A stretch of DNA of 23,040 nt, from positions 1 to 23,040 of the forward strand of contig NW_021836696.1 of NCBI RefSeq assembly GCF_006345805.1, read 5' to 3'. This document shows positions 1-9,707 of this stretch, piece by piece. The number at the start of each line of letters is the position of its first letter. Within the stretch, counting starts at the first letter, position 1. The notes under the pieces are model-generated. The model was not told the DNA's origin. It worked only from the letters and a program-made list of their open reading frames with translations, and did no database searches. The position numbers were made by a program, and so were the translations under genes. The DNA is from Octopus sinensis. Taxonomy: Eukaryota.

Positions 1-261
1 TTGATGTTTTGGTTTCATCCTTAAACCAAACCTGATGGAGCAGATCAATGATAAATGGAATCCCAGACGTGCCCAACCCATCAATTTGCATCTCTGCATT
101 TTATCTCTGTCTGCCTAATGTTTGTAATTGAGATTAAAATAACCGAGACAGGATGTAGACACAGGAAGGCTGACAACTGGCAAACAGGCAAGCAGACATT
201 CATAAATATATGCTTATGTGCTTGTATGTGGGTTCATGGGTTCCTGTAGTTCAAACGGGAC

Positions 262-270
262 TACTTATAC

Positions 271-302
<32 letters not shown>

Positions 303-495
303 CTGTGTTTGTGCCCCCAACATCGCTTGACAACTGATGCTGGTGTGTTTACGTCCCCGTAACTTAGCGGTTCGGCTAAAGAGAGCGATAGAATAAGTAC
401 TAGGCTTACAAAGAATAAGTCCTGGGGGTCGATTTGCTCGACAAAACGCGGTGCTCCAGCATGGCCACAGTTTTATGACTGAAACAAGTAAAAGA
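262..495 (+). mobile_element. SINE family A, 3' half (internal TA/TG microsatellite plus tail)
   Basis: 301-495 matches the reverse complement of 16722-16925 (gtgtttgt.cccc...cttagcggt.cggc...gaataagtac...cagcatggcc.cag...gactgaaacaagtaaaaga). No tRNA-like head seen. Confidence 0.85.
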
Positions 496-703
496 ATAAA
501 AGAGTATATATATATACTCATCTATGTAATATACAATCCATCTCTCTATATATGTACATACATGTTATTTACACACACACATATAATATGCATATACATA
601 TATATATGTATACATACATATATATATATACATATATATATATTATATATATAATATAATATGATATATATATATACACTCACACACACACACATGCATG
701 CAT

Positions 704-1310
704 CCCATTGGTCCATTGATTGATGATAACGGCATTCTCCAACATGATCGATGCTAAAGAAATGGCAGAGGTACACCAGAAACAATACTGTTCTGTCTTT
801 AGTAATCCCACTAATATTGACGTAAGGGATGTGAACGAAGTCGATTCCCAATTTACATAATCTCGTACATAACCTTTACTGCTTCAGACATCATTGCAGC
901 TATAAGTGAGGTCAAATACAATGTGTCATCATTCTTCTTTTCTCCTCCTTTGCACGGCCACACCTCGTATACTGCTACCCGCTGCGGTCTCCCCATACAA
1001 AACAAAACATTCCCGAAACTGAATCACCCTGAGGTCATTCACTAAAAAGATAAAGAGCATGAGTGATCTCGATTACTGGGACAGATTTAAAGCATTGAAA
1101 CCCTATTCTCTCCAGCGCCACCGTGAGCGATATATCATTTGCACGATGTGGAGAATATACCTCCAGTATTGCCCAAATGACTTCACCATTAGCTCCAAAA
1201 TTCATCCAAGGCTAGGACACCGGGTTATACGCCCCCTACCCAATTCAGGATCACATCACATTAATACACAGCTACACAATATATTTTCCTCAACACGCTC
1301 TGCCCTCTGT
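704..1310 (+). pseudogene. CR1-group LINE ORF2 relic with the reverse transcriptase core deleted
   Basis: Frameshifted translation gives PIGPLIDDNG..AKEMAEVHQKQYCSVFSNP..ITFTASDIIAAISEV (pre-RT linker), joined near 928 to LLFSSFARPHLVYCYPLRSPH..RSFTKKIKSMSDLDYWDRFKALKPYSLQRHRERY (post-RT region). The latter is similar to the ORF at 17620-18147. Confidence 0.8.
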
Positions 1311-1416
1311 TCCTTTCTGTGGAAGACCGTAGGCTCCAAACGTTAAGGACTTTTTCACTTCCCGAGCGTTATTCTAATACATCTGTTTGTTATCTACACC
1401 ACCTTTCTTCGTCTGG
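1305..1416 (+). mobile_element. Penelope-type terminal-repeat fragment with degenerate hammerhead motif
   Basis: 1312-1351 cctttctgtggaagaccgtaggctccaaacgttaaggact aligns ungapped to 9671-9710 with 33/40 identities. The right boundary is approximate. Confidence 0.55.
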
Positions 1417-1752
1417 GCGAGGCGATGCGGACTCCTTCCCGTCTCTGGTGAATTGCACAATCACTCTAGTAACTGTAGAAAGCGGAAACCCAAGCTTTTC
1501 TCTGATTTTACGCTGGCTATGTCTACGTGTAGAATGACCCACAATACGGCTTCTTTGAAATTTAGGCAGTTACAAGGCTTCGTTTGTATATGACATGGTT
1601 AAACAGGCATATATAGAACCTGAAGCATATAAACGTCAATTAATAAAAGATATAAGCATAAAACGATGTTTTATGAGGTGTCAGTTTACTTCTGATATTC
1701 CTTTGTATATATACACACATGTATATATTGATATGAGTCTGTGTGTTATGTT

Positions 1753-2027
1753 GGAAGGATCGTGGTTTAGTGGTTACGGAGTTGCTCTTACAATCACAAG
1801 ATCTTAATTTCGATTCTCAATTCTCAGACTGATGATGCATTGTGTTCTTCAGCAAGACATTCCATCTCACGTGGATTCATTCCACTTCGATGTAAATAGG
1901 TAAATCTGTGACCGATTGGCGTTCAGTTCCAGCGAATGTTAAGCCTGCCCACGTAACCAGCGACGTGGTATCATTCGAAAGTTACAACAATGCGAGGAAG
2001 CGCATGGTGACCAACGCTGTAAAATAT
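1753..2027 (+). mobile_element. Degenerate tRNA-derived SINE (element D) with CORE-like middle and a tail shared with the SINE at 16123-16401
   Basis: A-box-like tggtttagtgg, B-box-like tttcgattc, CORE-like ttgtgttcttcagcaagaca. 1943-2020 aligns to the reverse complement of 16154-16243. Confidence 0.65.
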
Positions 2028-2186
2028 ATGATAGGTTGGTAGAAACGATGTGTGTGTATGTGGATTGGGTTGCTTACGTTCAGTCCACTGCAGAACGAAG
2101 GCTCCAGCATGTCCTCTCCACTAAGCACGGTCTGATGTGGACGCTGCGAATTTGGGCTTCAGATCAGAACAATATCAGCATGTAGT

Positions 2187-2300
2187 TAAGTCGACTACGT
2201 CTTTGCTCAACTGATACTTAATTTATCGACCTCGAAAGGATGAAAAGGAAAGTCGACCTCAGTAGAATTCGAACTCTGAACGTAAAGTCGGACGAAATAG
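2187..2300 (-). mobile_element. SINE family B, internal fragment
   Basis: Repeats 2360-2480 (cttaatttatcgac..cgaaaggatgaaa.g.aaagtcgacctc.g..gaatt.gaactc.gaacgtaa) with more divergence. Confidence 0.8.
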
Positions 2301-2522
2301 CTATTTCTTTACTACCCACAAGGGGCTAAAGACAGAGGAGACAAAAAAGGACAGACAGACGGATTAAGTCGATTATATCGACCCCAGTGCGTAACTGGTA
2401 CTTAATTTATCGACACCGAAAGGATGAAAGGCAAAGTCGACCTCGGCGGAATTTGAACTCAGAACGTAACAGCAGACGAAATACGGCTACGCATTTCGCC
2501 CGGCGCGTGCTAAACATTCTGC
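2301..2522 (-). mobile_element. SINE family B, well-preserved copy
   Basis: Minus strand reads gcagaatgtttagcacg...gagttcaaattccgccgaggtcgactttgcctttcatcctttcgg...actggggtcgat, homologous to 4407-4626. B-box-like gagttcaaatt. Confidence 0.85.
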
Positions 2523-2555
<33 letters not shown>

Positions 2556-2640
2556 TGTATGTATGTATGTATGTATGTATGTATGTATGTATGTATGTAT
2601 GCATGTATGCAAGCATCTATGTATCTATGTATATATGTAT
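2523..2640. repeat. (TATG)n microsatellite
   Basis: Direct reading. Confidence 0.95.
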
Positions 2641-2650
2641 GTATTTTTTT

Positions 2651-2746
2651 CGCCCTTTTAAAGCCTAGCCAGGCTCATGGGCACGGTTTCCCGGTTTCAA
2701 TGGCGTATGTGTTCCCCAGCTGGACGGGACGTCAGTCCATCGCAGG
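2651..2746 (-). mobile_element. Isolated SINE tail (tail 1, as in 4250-4353)
   Basis: Reverse complement cctgcgatggactgacgtcccgtccagctggggaac..acgcca..gaaaccgggaaa..cc.atgagcc matches 4250-4345 and 14790-14886. Confidence 0.8.
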
Positions 2747-4049
2747 GATGTATGTATGTATAAAATGGTATATCTTATTGATAAATCAACGTTATTGATG
2801 TTATAGTTCTCTGTATCAAAAGGTAAAGCTAATTAAAATAGGCTCACTGTTAAGCAAGTAGATGTGCACAGATACTTAAAACAAATACCTCTATAGTTTC
2901 ACACTTAGCTTGTTATTTCCAGACGCATTATACTCGCTTATATGCAAAGGAGGATATGTATACATACATGCTCCTTTGTATATATTTGTGAATGTACGTA
3001 TTTATCTAAAATGCATGAACTGTTTGTGTGTGTGTGTCTGTGTGTTGTGTGTTGTGTGTGTGAGGAAGCGTAAAGAGCAAACATCTTTTAAGAACACCGG
3101 AGTGATGTGATTCGAAGCTGGAGTACTTAGTTGCAGCTTAATAACATGAAGCCGTTTACAGACAAGCTTCCTACCGGATAGGATACCGGCCTATCGTAGA
3201 TAACATTCTCAAAATATCTTAAACCCATTGCCGACATCTAGATAGACTGAAGTGGAGTAGAAAAATAGACTCCTGTTGGCAGCAGATTTCAGATGATGAC
3301 CCACCCATAAGCAGCCGGTCGAATAATTTGTTAATTTGGTCGTCTATTTATGATAATTGGCGGAGATTGTATAAGTGTATATATATATACAATAGGATTA
3401 CAATAGACCAATCCTAAATTGTTATGAAAGTTATGGAAGTTAACAATGAAATGGAGAATGGATTGACAAATATTTAATTCTATATAAGTTGTTGACACAT
3501 AATTATGAGAAGTGTGTAATCCACTTGACATTGCTACGCACCCAGCTACTTCAGTCTGTAGTGGAACAGATTAAAGCAGCGATTAGCGTTAGATTTGCAT
3601 TAAAATACACGTTCCTATTTTCCTATTCCCACCATGGAATCTTAAAGATATTTGGTATGGTGGAATAGTCGTTGTATGCATATGTAAAACGCATTTACGT
3701 TCAATCATGCTTTTTAAAACATATTTAAAACTGGCTGTTATAGAACGAATGTTTTGACTTTAGCATTTGTTGTGCAACGCTCAACTTGAATTTTATGGTA
3801 AATCTGTGAAGGGAATGACAATTATATTTTAAAGCAATTTATCAAGAGGGGCTTGTATGAAAGGTTTTTAGGTTGTAAAAACCCATTTAGCAGAAAAAAT
3901 TGGTAGATACCACATGATATGTATTTCTAAAAAGATATTTCCCATATACTGTTGCAGTCCCAATTGAAACCATTTTCTCTACATCGGTTTTTAATAGATT
4001 TAGAAAAGACATCAGCGATTTCATTTTTGTCTCTACTATATAACTGAGG

Positions 4050-4353
4050 GTGGAGGCACATAGCCTAGTGGATAGATCAGCGGACTTGCAGTCGAGAGAT
4101 CGCGGGTTCGAATCTCAGACTGGGTGGTGTGTGTGTTTATGAGCGAAACACCCAAGTTCTACGCGGCTCCAGCAGAAGGTAATGGCGAACTTCTGCTGAC
4201 TCTTTCGCCACAACTTTCCCTCATTCTTTCCTCCTGCATCTTGCAGCTCACCTGCGACGAACCGGCGTCCCGTCCAGGTGGGGAACCTATACGCCAAGGA
4301 AACCGGGAAATCGGACCTATGAGCCAGGCGTGACTTTAGAAGGGACAAACAAC
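4050..4353 (+). mobile_element. Full-length tRNA-derived SINE family C (tail 1) with 12-bp target-site duplication
   Basis: A-box tagcctagtgg, B-box ggttcgaatct. Flanked by atataactgagg at 4038-4049 and 4354-4365. Homologous to 14783-15079. Confidence 0.92.
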
Positions 4354-4406
4354 ATATAACTGAGGCTGTAGAACCGGTATAAATAATTATTATTTCAATA
4401 CAAAAA

Positions 4407-4626
4407 GGCAGCGAGCTGGAAGAATCGTTGGGATACTGGGTATAAATGCTTAGTAACATTTCGTCCGTCATTACATTCTGCGTTCAAATTCCGCTCAGTC
4501 CTGAGTTTGTCTTTCATCATTTCGGGGTCGATAAAATAAATACAAGTTGAACACTGGGGTCGATGTAATCGACTTACACCCTCCGCTGAAATTGCTGGCC
4601 TTGTGCCAAGATTTCAAATCAATATT
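4407..4626 (+). mobile_element. SINE family B
   Basis: Starts ggcagcgagctgg.agaatcgtt; B-box-like gcgttcaaattcc; homologous to 2301-2522 up to atcgactta, with a different tail after that. Confidence 0.85.
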
Positions 4627-5388
4627 TTAACACAGAATAGAATTTGTATTTAAAATCCGTTTTTTGTCATTCTTTTAATGTTTTTCTTGACGAAACTGTA
4701 GAAATTGTTTGGGATGTTCGAAATAATATGTACTGGAATTTTATTCGCTTGTCTTGTTAATTGTTTCTTCAATTAACACAGTTTAAGAAAAGAGGCATCA
4801 AAGAGACAACTATGGAGAGGTTTGAAATAGTCTGTTTCAGAAATCAATCCTAATCCATATTATTCAAATATAATCAATCAGTGGTACAGTTAAATTCCAC
4901 AGAACATTCCAATGATTCTCCACGTGAATTTCCCATCCTAAACATATGAAAACATGGAAAATACTCCAGAGACACTCCCCATGTGAATTTCCTGAGCTAG
5001 ACATATGCACTCATTCACATATGCATATGGAGCTCTTGAGCACATACAGAAACACACACACAAAGAAGCACACACACACTTACACACACAACACACATGC
5101 ACACATACACAGACACACGCATACATAAAATTGAAGAACAAACACTTGTACGCTACAGGAAAATGTAGAACGTGTGAACGAGAGACACTTGTGTGCTAAA
5201 GTGAAATGGATATCAGTCAGACAAATACAAGTTATCCACGAGCACAAACATACATAAATACACACTTCAACTGACTCAGACGTCCACAAATCGCCAACAC
5301 CTGCCTCAATTGAAACAAAAGAGTCTTGCCACTTGCTTATTGGCCAGCTTCAGTTATCCAAATGAAAAAGCACACACACACATAATAT

Positions 5389-5421
<33 letters not shown>

Positions 5422-5629
5422 TGAGTAGTTTGAATGAATTATCTTATTATGGATAATTCGGTTAACCGATACCTGGGTAGCGAATTCACGTCAGTAAAAT
5501 CGGTTGAAGCTACATGCCAAGGGCAGAGATCACGTGCTTTCGTGTGGAATTTGTTTTTTTTTAAATACAATAAATGACGAACAACTCGCATAACTCCATT
5601 CTTTCATTTATTTCATATATGTATATATA

Positions 5630-5675
<46 letters not shown>

Positions 5676-5678
<3 letters not shown>

Positions 5679-6700
5679 TATAAAATAGAAACATAGGCAT
5701 ATATATAAACATATATGTACGTACCTACCTCTACATTGTACATATACACGCATATATGTGTACAGAGGACACCAAAAAGACGTCGAACCATAGAGAGACG
5801 AAAACATAGACACAACCAAGGAACAAGACAAGCAAAAAAGAGATACAGGACATAAGCACAACGAAAAATCCCCTTCTTCAGTCGCTAAGGTTTCATCTAC
5901 TAAACGTTTCGAAGGATAAACGAGACGTATACTTCGAAGAAACTTCCCTTCCTGCGAAAAGCAATCAATAAAATTCTGATATCTTTTCGCAGAGGGTAAA
6001 AAAGCAAGACGGTAAACGCAGTACAAACATATAAACAGTAAAAAATATATATATAAACAGTGAAAAATAAATTATAACAGTGAGAGACAGGACAAGGAGA
6101 ACAAGATAAGAAGGGCTGTTAACGCCAGACTAAAAAAGTATTGCAAACGCTGGATTATAGTGGACGACGAGAGAGAAAGAATGTCGACCAGTAGCCTTAG
6201 AAGGCGGGCGAGAAAAGACAGGATAGCAGTTACGACGGAAGTATCGTCGCAGATGGACGACGGGAATAGGGAGGAGGAGCAAGAGGAAGAAGAGAAGAAG
6301 GGGAATGGTGCGAGGAGACCATGAAGAACGTGAGGGGGAGAGAGAGAGGAAGAGACAATTGAGTGAGGGAAAAAAGACGAAAAGGGATGGGAGAGAAGAA
6401 AGAAAGATGCAGAGTCGCGTGAGAGTTAATATCAAGGCTACATGATAAACAGAACCTCTTACTTAATAGGGTGCGTGCGTTTAGTCGTATAATATGTTAA
6501 TAAAATAGAACATATGCATATATATAAACATATATGTACGTACCTACCTCTACATGTACATATACACACGCATATTGTGTACAGGACACCAAAAAGACGT
6601 CGAACACATAGAGAGACGAAAACATAGACACAAACCAAGGAACAAGACAAGCAAAAAAGAGATACAGGACAATAAGCACAACGAAAAATCCCCTTCTTCA
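5676..6700. mobile_element. Non-coding element with ~205-bp direct terminal repeats (TG...CA); LTR-like or Penelope pseudo-LTR-like
   Basis: 5676-5880 and 6495-6700 are near-identical, start tgtta and end cccttcttca. ~615-bp purine-rich interior with no recognisable protein. No PBS or PPT seen. Both flanks are TA-rich. Confidence 0.7.
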
Positions 6701-6943
6701 ATATAATATATATATATATATTATTATATATATATATATATACAAATGCAACAACATTGAGGAATGGCCTCAATAGGCCATTCTATATATATATAGTCTC
6801 TGACTATTCTCTCTTTCTCACTAGACCGCTGGTGGCGAAAAATTTCTATTGAATTTTTTGCTACCCTATATTGATTAGTTTTATAATATATATATATGAA
6901 AAAACAAGAAAAAATAGAAATGCTAAAATAATGTTATCGTGAA

Positions 6944-6990
6944 CATTTCAGTACCGTTTCGGTCATTTTGAGACCTTTTCAACTGTAACG
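6944..6990 (-). ncRNA. Hammerhead-ribozyme-like fold (UUGAAAA core), left-arm copy
   Basis: Reverse complement of the 9436-9483 motif but one C shorter in stem III (ACGGU rather than palindromic ACCGGU). Confidence 0.5.
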
Positions 6991-7910
6991 ATTAAATAAT
7001 TAAATTTAGAAAAATTAGAAGAAAAGTTTTTTTAAAAGAATATTTCTATAGTAGTGTTCAGATTTAAGTGGCATTCTGCCTTTCTCTGACTCCCTTGTTT
7101 GCACTTGTGTGTTGGAGGTAGTTGTGAGTTCTTGGTAGGGTAGTAGAGGGAAGACTGGTGAGGAAAGTGGGGTGGGAGAATCTGGGAGTGCCCTGATGGT
7201 CGTATTTTGAATGGTCAGTGGCGGCTGGCAGTCTCAGTTCAATTCAGGAGAATATTTATATTGACAGGCTTGGTTATAGAATTAGCGTAGGTTTTATACT
7301 AAAAAACATTAGTGACAAACTTAAGGGGTAGGGGGTGGAGAAGAAGAAGAAGAAGAAGAAGAAGAAGAAGGAGAAGGAGAAGGAGAAGATGATGGATGAT
7401 TTGGTGAATGATGATGATAACGATGATGATGAAGAAGAAGAAGAAGAAGGAGGAGGAGAAGGAGAAGATGGTGGTGATGATGGTGGCGATGATGATGACG
7501 CCGATGATGATGATGATAACGATGATGATGAAGAAGAAGAGAAGAAGAAGAAGAAGAAAAAAACAGAGAAGGGAGAATATGAATGGGTGTAAATATAGCT
7601 ATGAAGGGGCTGATTAGTAATGGATTCTATGGAGTGTAGTATTTGTGTGTGTATATATATTTTTTTTCTCTATTCTAAAGTTGAGGTATATTAATGTTTG
7701 TCGTAGACCCGTTAAGAAGTGGCTGTGGCTTCTATTTTGTAATAAAGAGATTTTCTTTACTTATTCTTTGTCTCGAGGTTGTATCGTCCAAATTGGTAGA
7801 GGGGAAAAATTCTGAAGTTTGGTGTTTTTTTGTTGGCGCAAGTATCTATGTGTTGGCTAAAAGCTATTTTTCTGTTTTTGGGGAATTTTTTATCTGGGAT
7901 CTGTGCAGGG

Positions 7911-8761
7911 CCACCCAGACACACCAGGATGAATATCCTCTTCAATCTAGCAAAAAGGATATGCACTATAGTCTCTAACGCAAACACCAGAGACACACGA
8001 CTACAAGAACTAAAAGATACCCTAATCACCAGGAACTATCCACCTTCACTTATTGACAAGTGCATTCAACGTCCCTTCAACTTAACATCAAGGAACTGAG
8101 ACATCCAAATCAAAGAAAAACTTACAACCAAAAGCCTTACCATACATCTCCACACACAACCCTCTCAATAACGAAGCCTTCGACACCATCCTCCACAACA
8201 TACCCCTCCTAAAAAAAGACCACAGAATGAACACAATCCTCCAAACACACACGATCATAAAAAGCAAAAGACAGCCTAGATCCATGAAAAGTCTCCTTAC
8301 ACAAGCCCGAATTCACTCTTCAACACAGAAGCCGACAGTAAAAAAATGTGGAAGACGCAATTGCGGGATATGCGACTATCTAATCGAGGTTCTGAGTTCT
8401 CCTTCAAACAGGGACAACGTTTACAGTGAAAAGCAACTTCACATGTGCTTCGGAGAACCTAATATACTCACTAACCTGCTCGGGTGTCAAGAGCAGTACA
8501 TAGGCCAAACAAAAAATGGTTTGCGTAAACGAATGGCCCTGCACAGATCCCAGATAAAATTCCCCAAAACAGAAAAATAGCTTTTAGCCAACACATAGAT
8601 ACTTGGGCCAACAAAAAAACACCAAACTTCAGATTTTCCCCCTCTACCAATTTAGGGACGATACAACCTCGAGACAAAGAATAAGTAAAGAAAATCTCTT
8701 TATTACAAAATACAAGCCACTTCTTAACGGGTCTACGACAAACAATATACCTCAACTTTAG
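7911..8761 (+). pseudogene. Penelope-like element ORF C-terminus: post-RT region, Cys-rich linker and GIY-YIG endonuclease (frameshifted)
   Basis: Joined frames read PRHTRMNILFNLAKRICTIVSN..RLQELKDTLITRNYPPSLID..LPYISTHNP..KSKRQPRSMKSLLT..KCGRRNCGIC..LIY.LTC.GCQEQYIGQTKNGLRKRMALHRSQI..FSQHI..KENLFITKYKPLLN; stop at 8759-8761. Confidence 0.9.
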
Positions 8762-9435
8762 AATAAGAAAAAAATATATATACAACACCAAATACTACAC
8801 TCCATAGAATCCATTACTAATCAGCCCCTTCATAGCTATATTTACACCCATTCATATTCTCCCTTCTCTGTTTTTTCTTCTTCTTCTTCTTCCTCTTCTT
8901 CTTCATCATCATCGTCTCATCATCATCATCGGCGTCATCATCATCGCCACCATCATCACCACCATCTTCTCCTTCTCCTCCTCCTTCTTCTTCTTCTTCT
9001 TCATCATCATCGTTATCATCATCATCACCACCATCACCATCATCTTCTCCTTCTTCTCCTTCTCTTCTTCTTCTTCTTCTTCTTCTCCACCCCCTACCCC
9101 TTAAGTTTGTCACTAATGTTTTTTAGTATAACACCTACGCTAATTCTATAATAACCAGCCTGTCAATATAAATATTCTCCTGAATTGAACTGAGACTGCC
9201 AGCCGCCACTGACCATTCAAAATACGACCATCAGGGCACTCCCAGATTCTCCCAACCCCCTTTCCTCACCAGCCTTCCCTCTACTACCCTACCAAGAACT
9301 CACAACTACCTCCAACACACAAGTGCAAACAAGGGAGTCAGAGAAAGGCAGAATGCCACTTAATCTGAACACTACTATAGAAATATTCTTTTAAAAAAAC
9401 TTTTCTTCTAATTTTTCTAAATTTAATTATTTAAT

Positions 9436-9483
9436 CGTTACAGTTGAAAAGGTCTCAAAATGACCGAAACCGGTACTGAAATG
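9436..9483 (+). ncRNA. Type I minimal hammerhead-ribozyme fold with variant core U3-U4-G5-A6-A7-A8-A9
   Basis: Stem I cgttacag/ctgaaatg (7 of 8 pairs incl. one G.U); core ttgaaaa 9444-9450; stem II GGTC/GACC with 7-nt loop; GAAA 9466-9469; palindromic stem III ACCGGT; predicted cleavage after GUA at 9475. Confidence 0.65.
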
Positions 9484-9570
9484 TTCACTATAAAATTATT
9501 TTAGCATTTTCTATTTTTTTACTTGTTTTTTTCATTATATCAACTCGTGTGTTCCTTCACCCTTATACAC

Positions 9571-9602
<32 letters not shown>

Positions 9603-9670
9603 ATATATATTATCGTTTTCTCTCTGTTTCATTATTCTCTCACCCCACTACTTACTTTCTTCTTTTCATT

Positions 9671-9707
9671 CCTTTCTGAAGAAGAGCATAGGCTCGAAAC
9701 GTCAAGG
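9671..9707 (+). ncRNA. Type I minimal hammerhead-ribozyme fold of a second Penelope-type repeat
   Basis: Stem I cttt/aagg; CTGAAGA 9676-9682; one extra A; stem II GAGC-ATAG-GCTC; GAAA 9696-9699; palindromic ACGT stem III; predicted cleavage after GUC at 9703. Confidence 0.7.

Larger units (their letters stand above)
6893..9537 (+). mobile_element. 5'-truncated Penelope-like element with ~1-kb inverted duplication of its 3' end
   Basis: ~6893-7913 is the reverse complement of 8534-~9537 (including a GAA/GAT low-complexity block). The unique spacer 7914-8533 is coding. Outer boundaries are approximate. Confidence 0.9.

Noticed and set aside
4050-4125. tRNA genes at SINE heads (also ~15000-15079, ~17060-17125, ~21030-21104)
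   Set aside because: They continue into repeat bodies and have TSDs or multiple diverged copies; no intact acceptor stem seen.
5870-5940. Type II (permuted) hammerhead on the minus strand
   Set aside because: GAAAC and CUGAAGA are present, but I could not form a credible stem I or a G10.1-C11.1 closing pair.
7335-7617. Acidic and lysine-rich ORFs (and mirror ORF 8817-9113)
   Set aside because: Translations of the GAA/GAT low-complexity block in the PLE 3' UTR.
6893-9537. Large DNA transposon with 1-kb TIRs
   Set aside because: The arm includes the end of the GIY-YIG ORF and is continuous with the spacer reading frame, so it is a duplicated PLE 3' end rather than a TIR.
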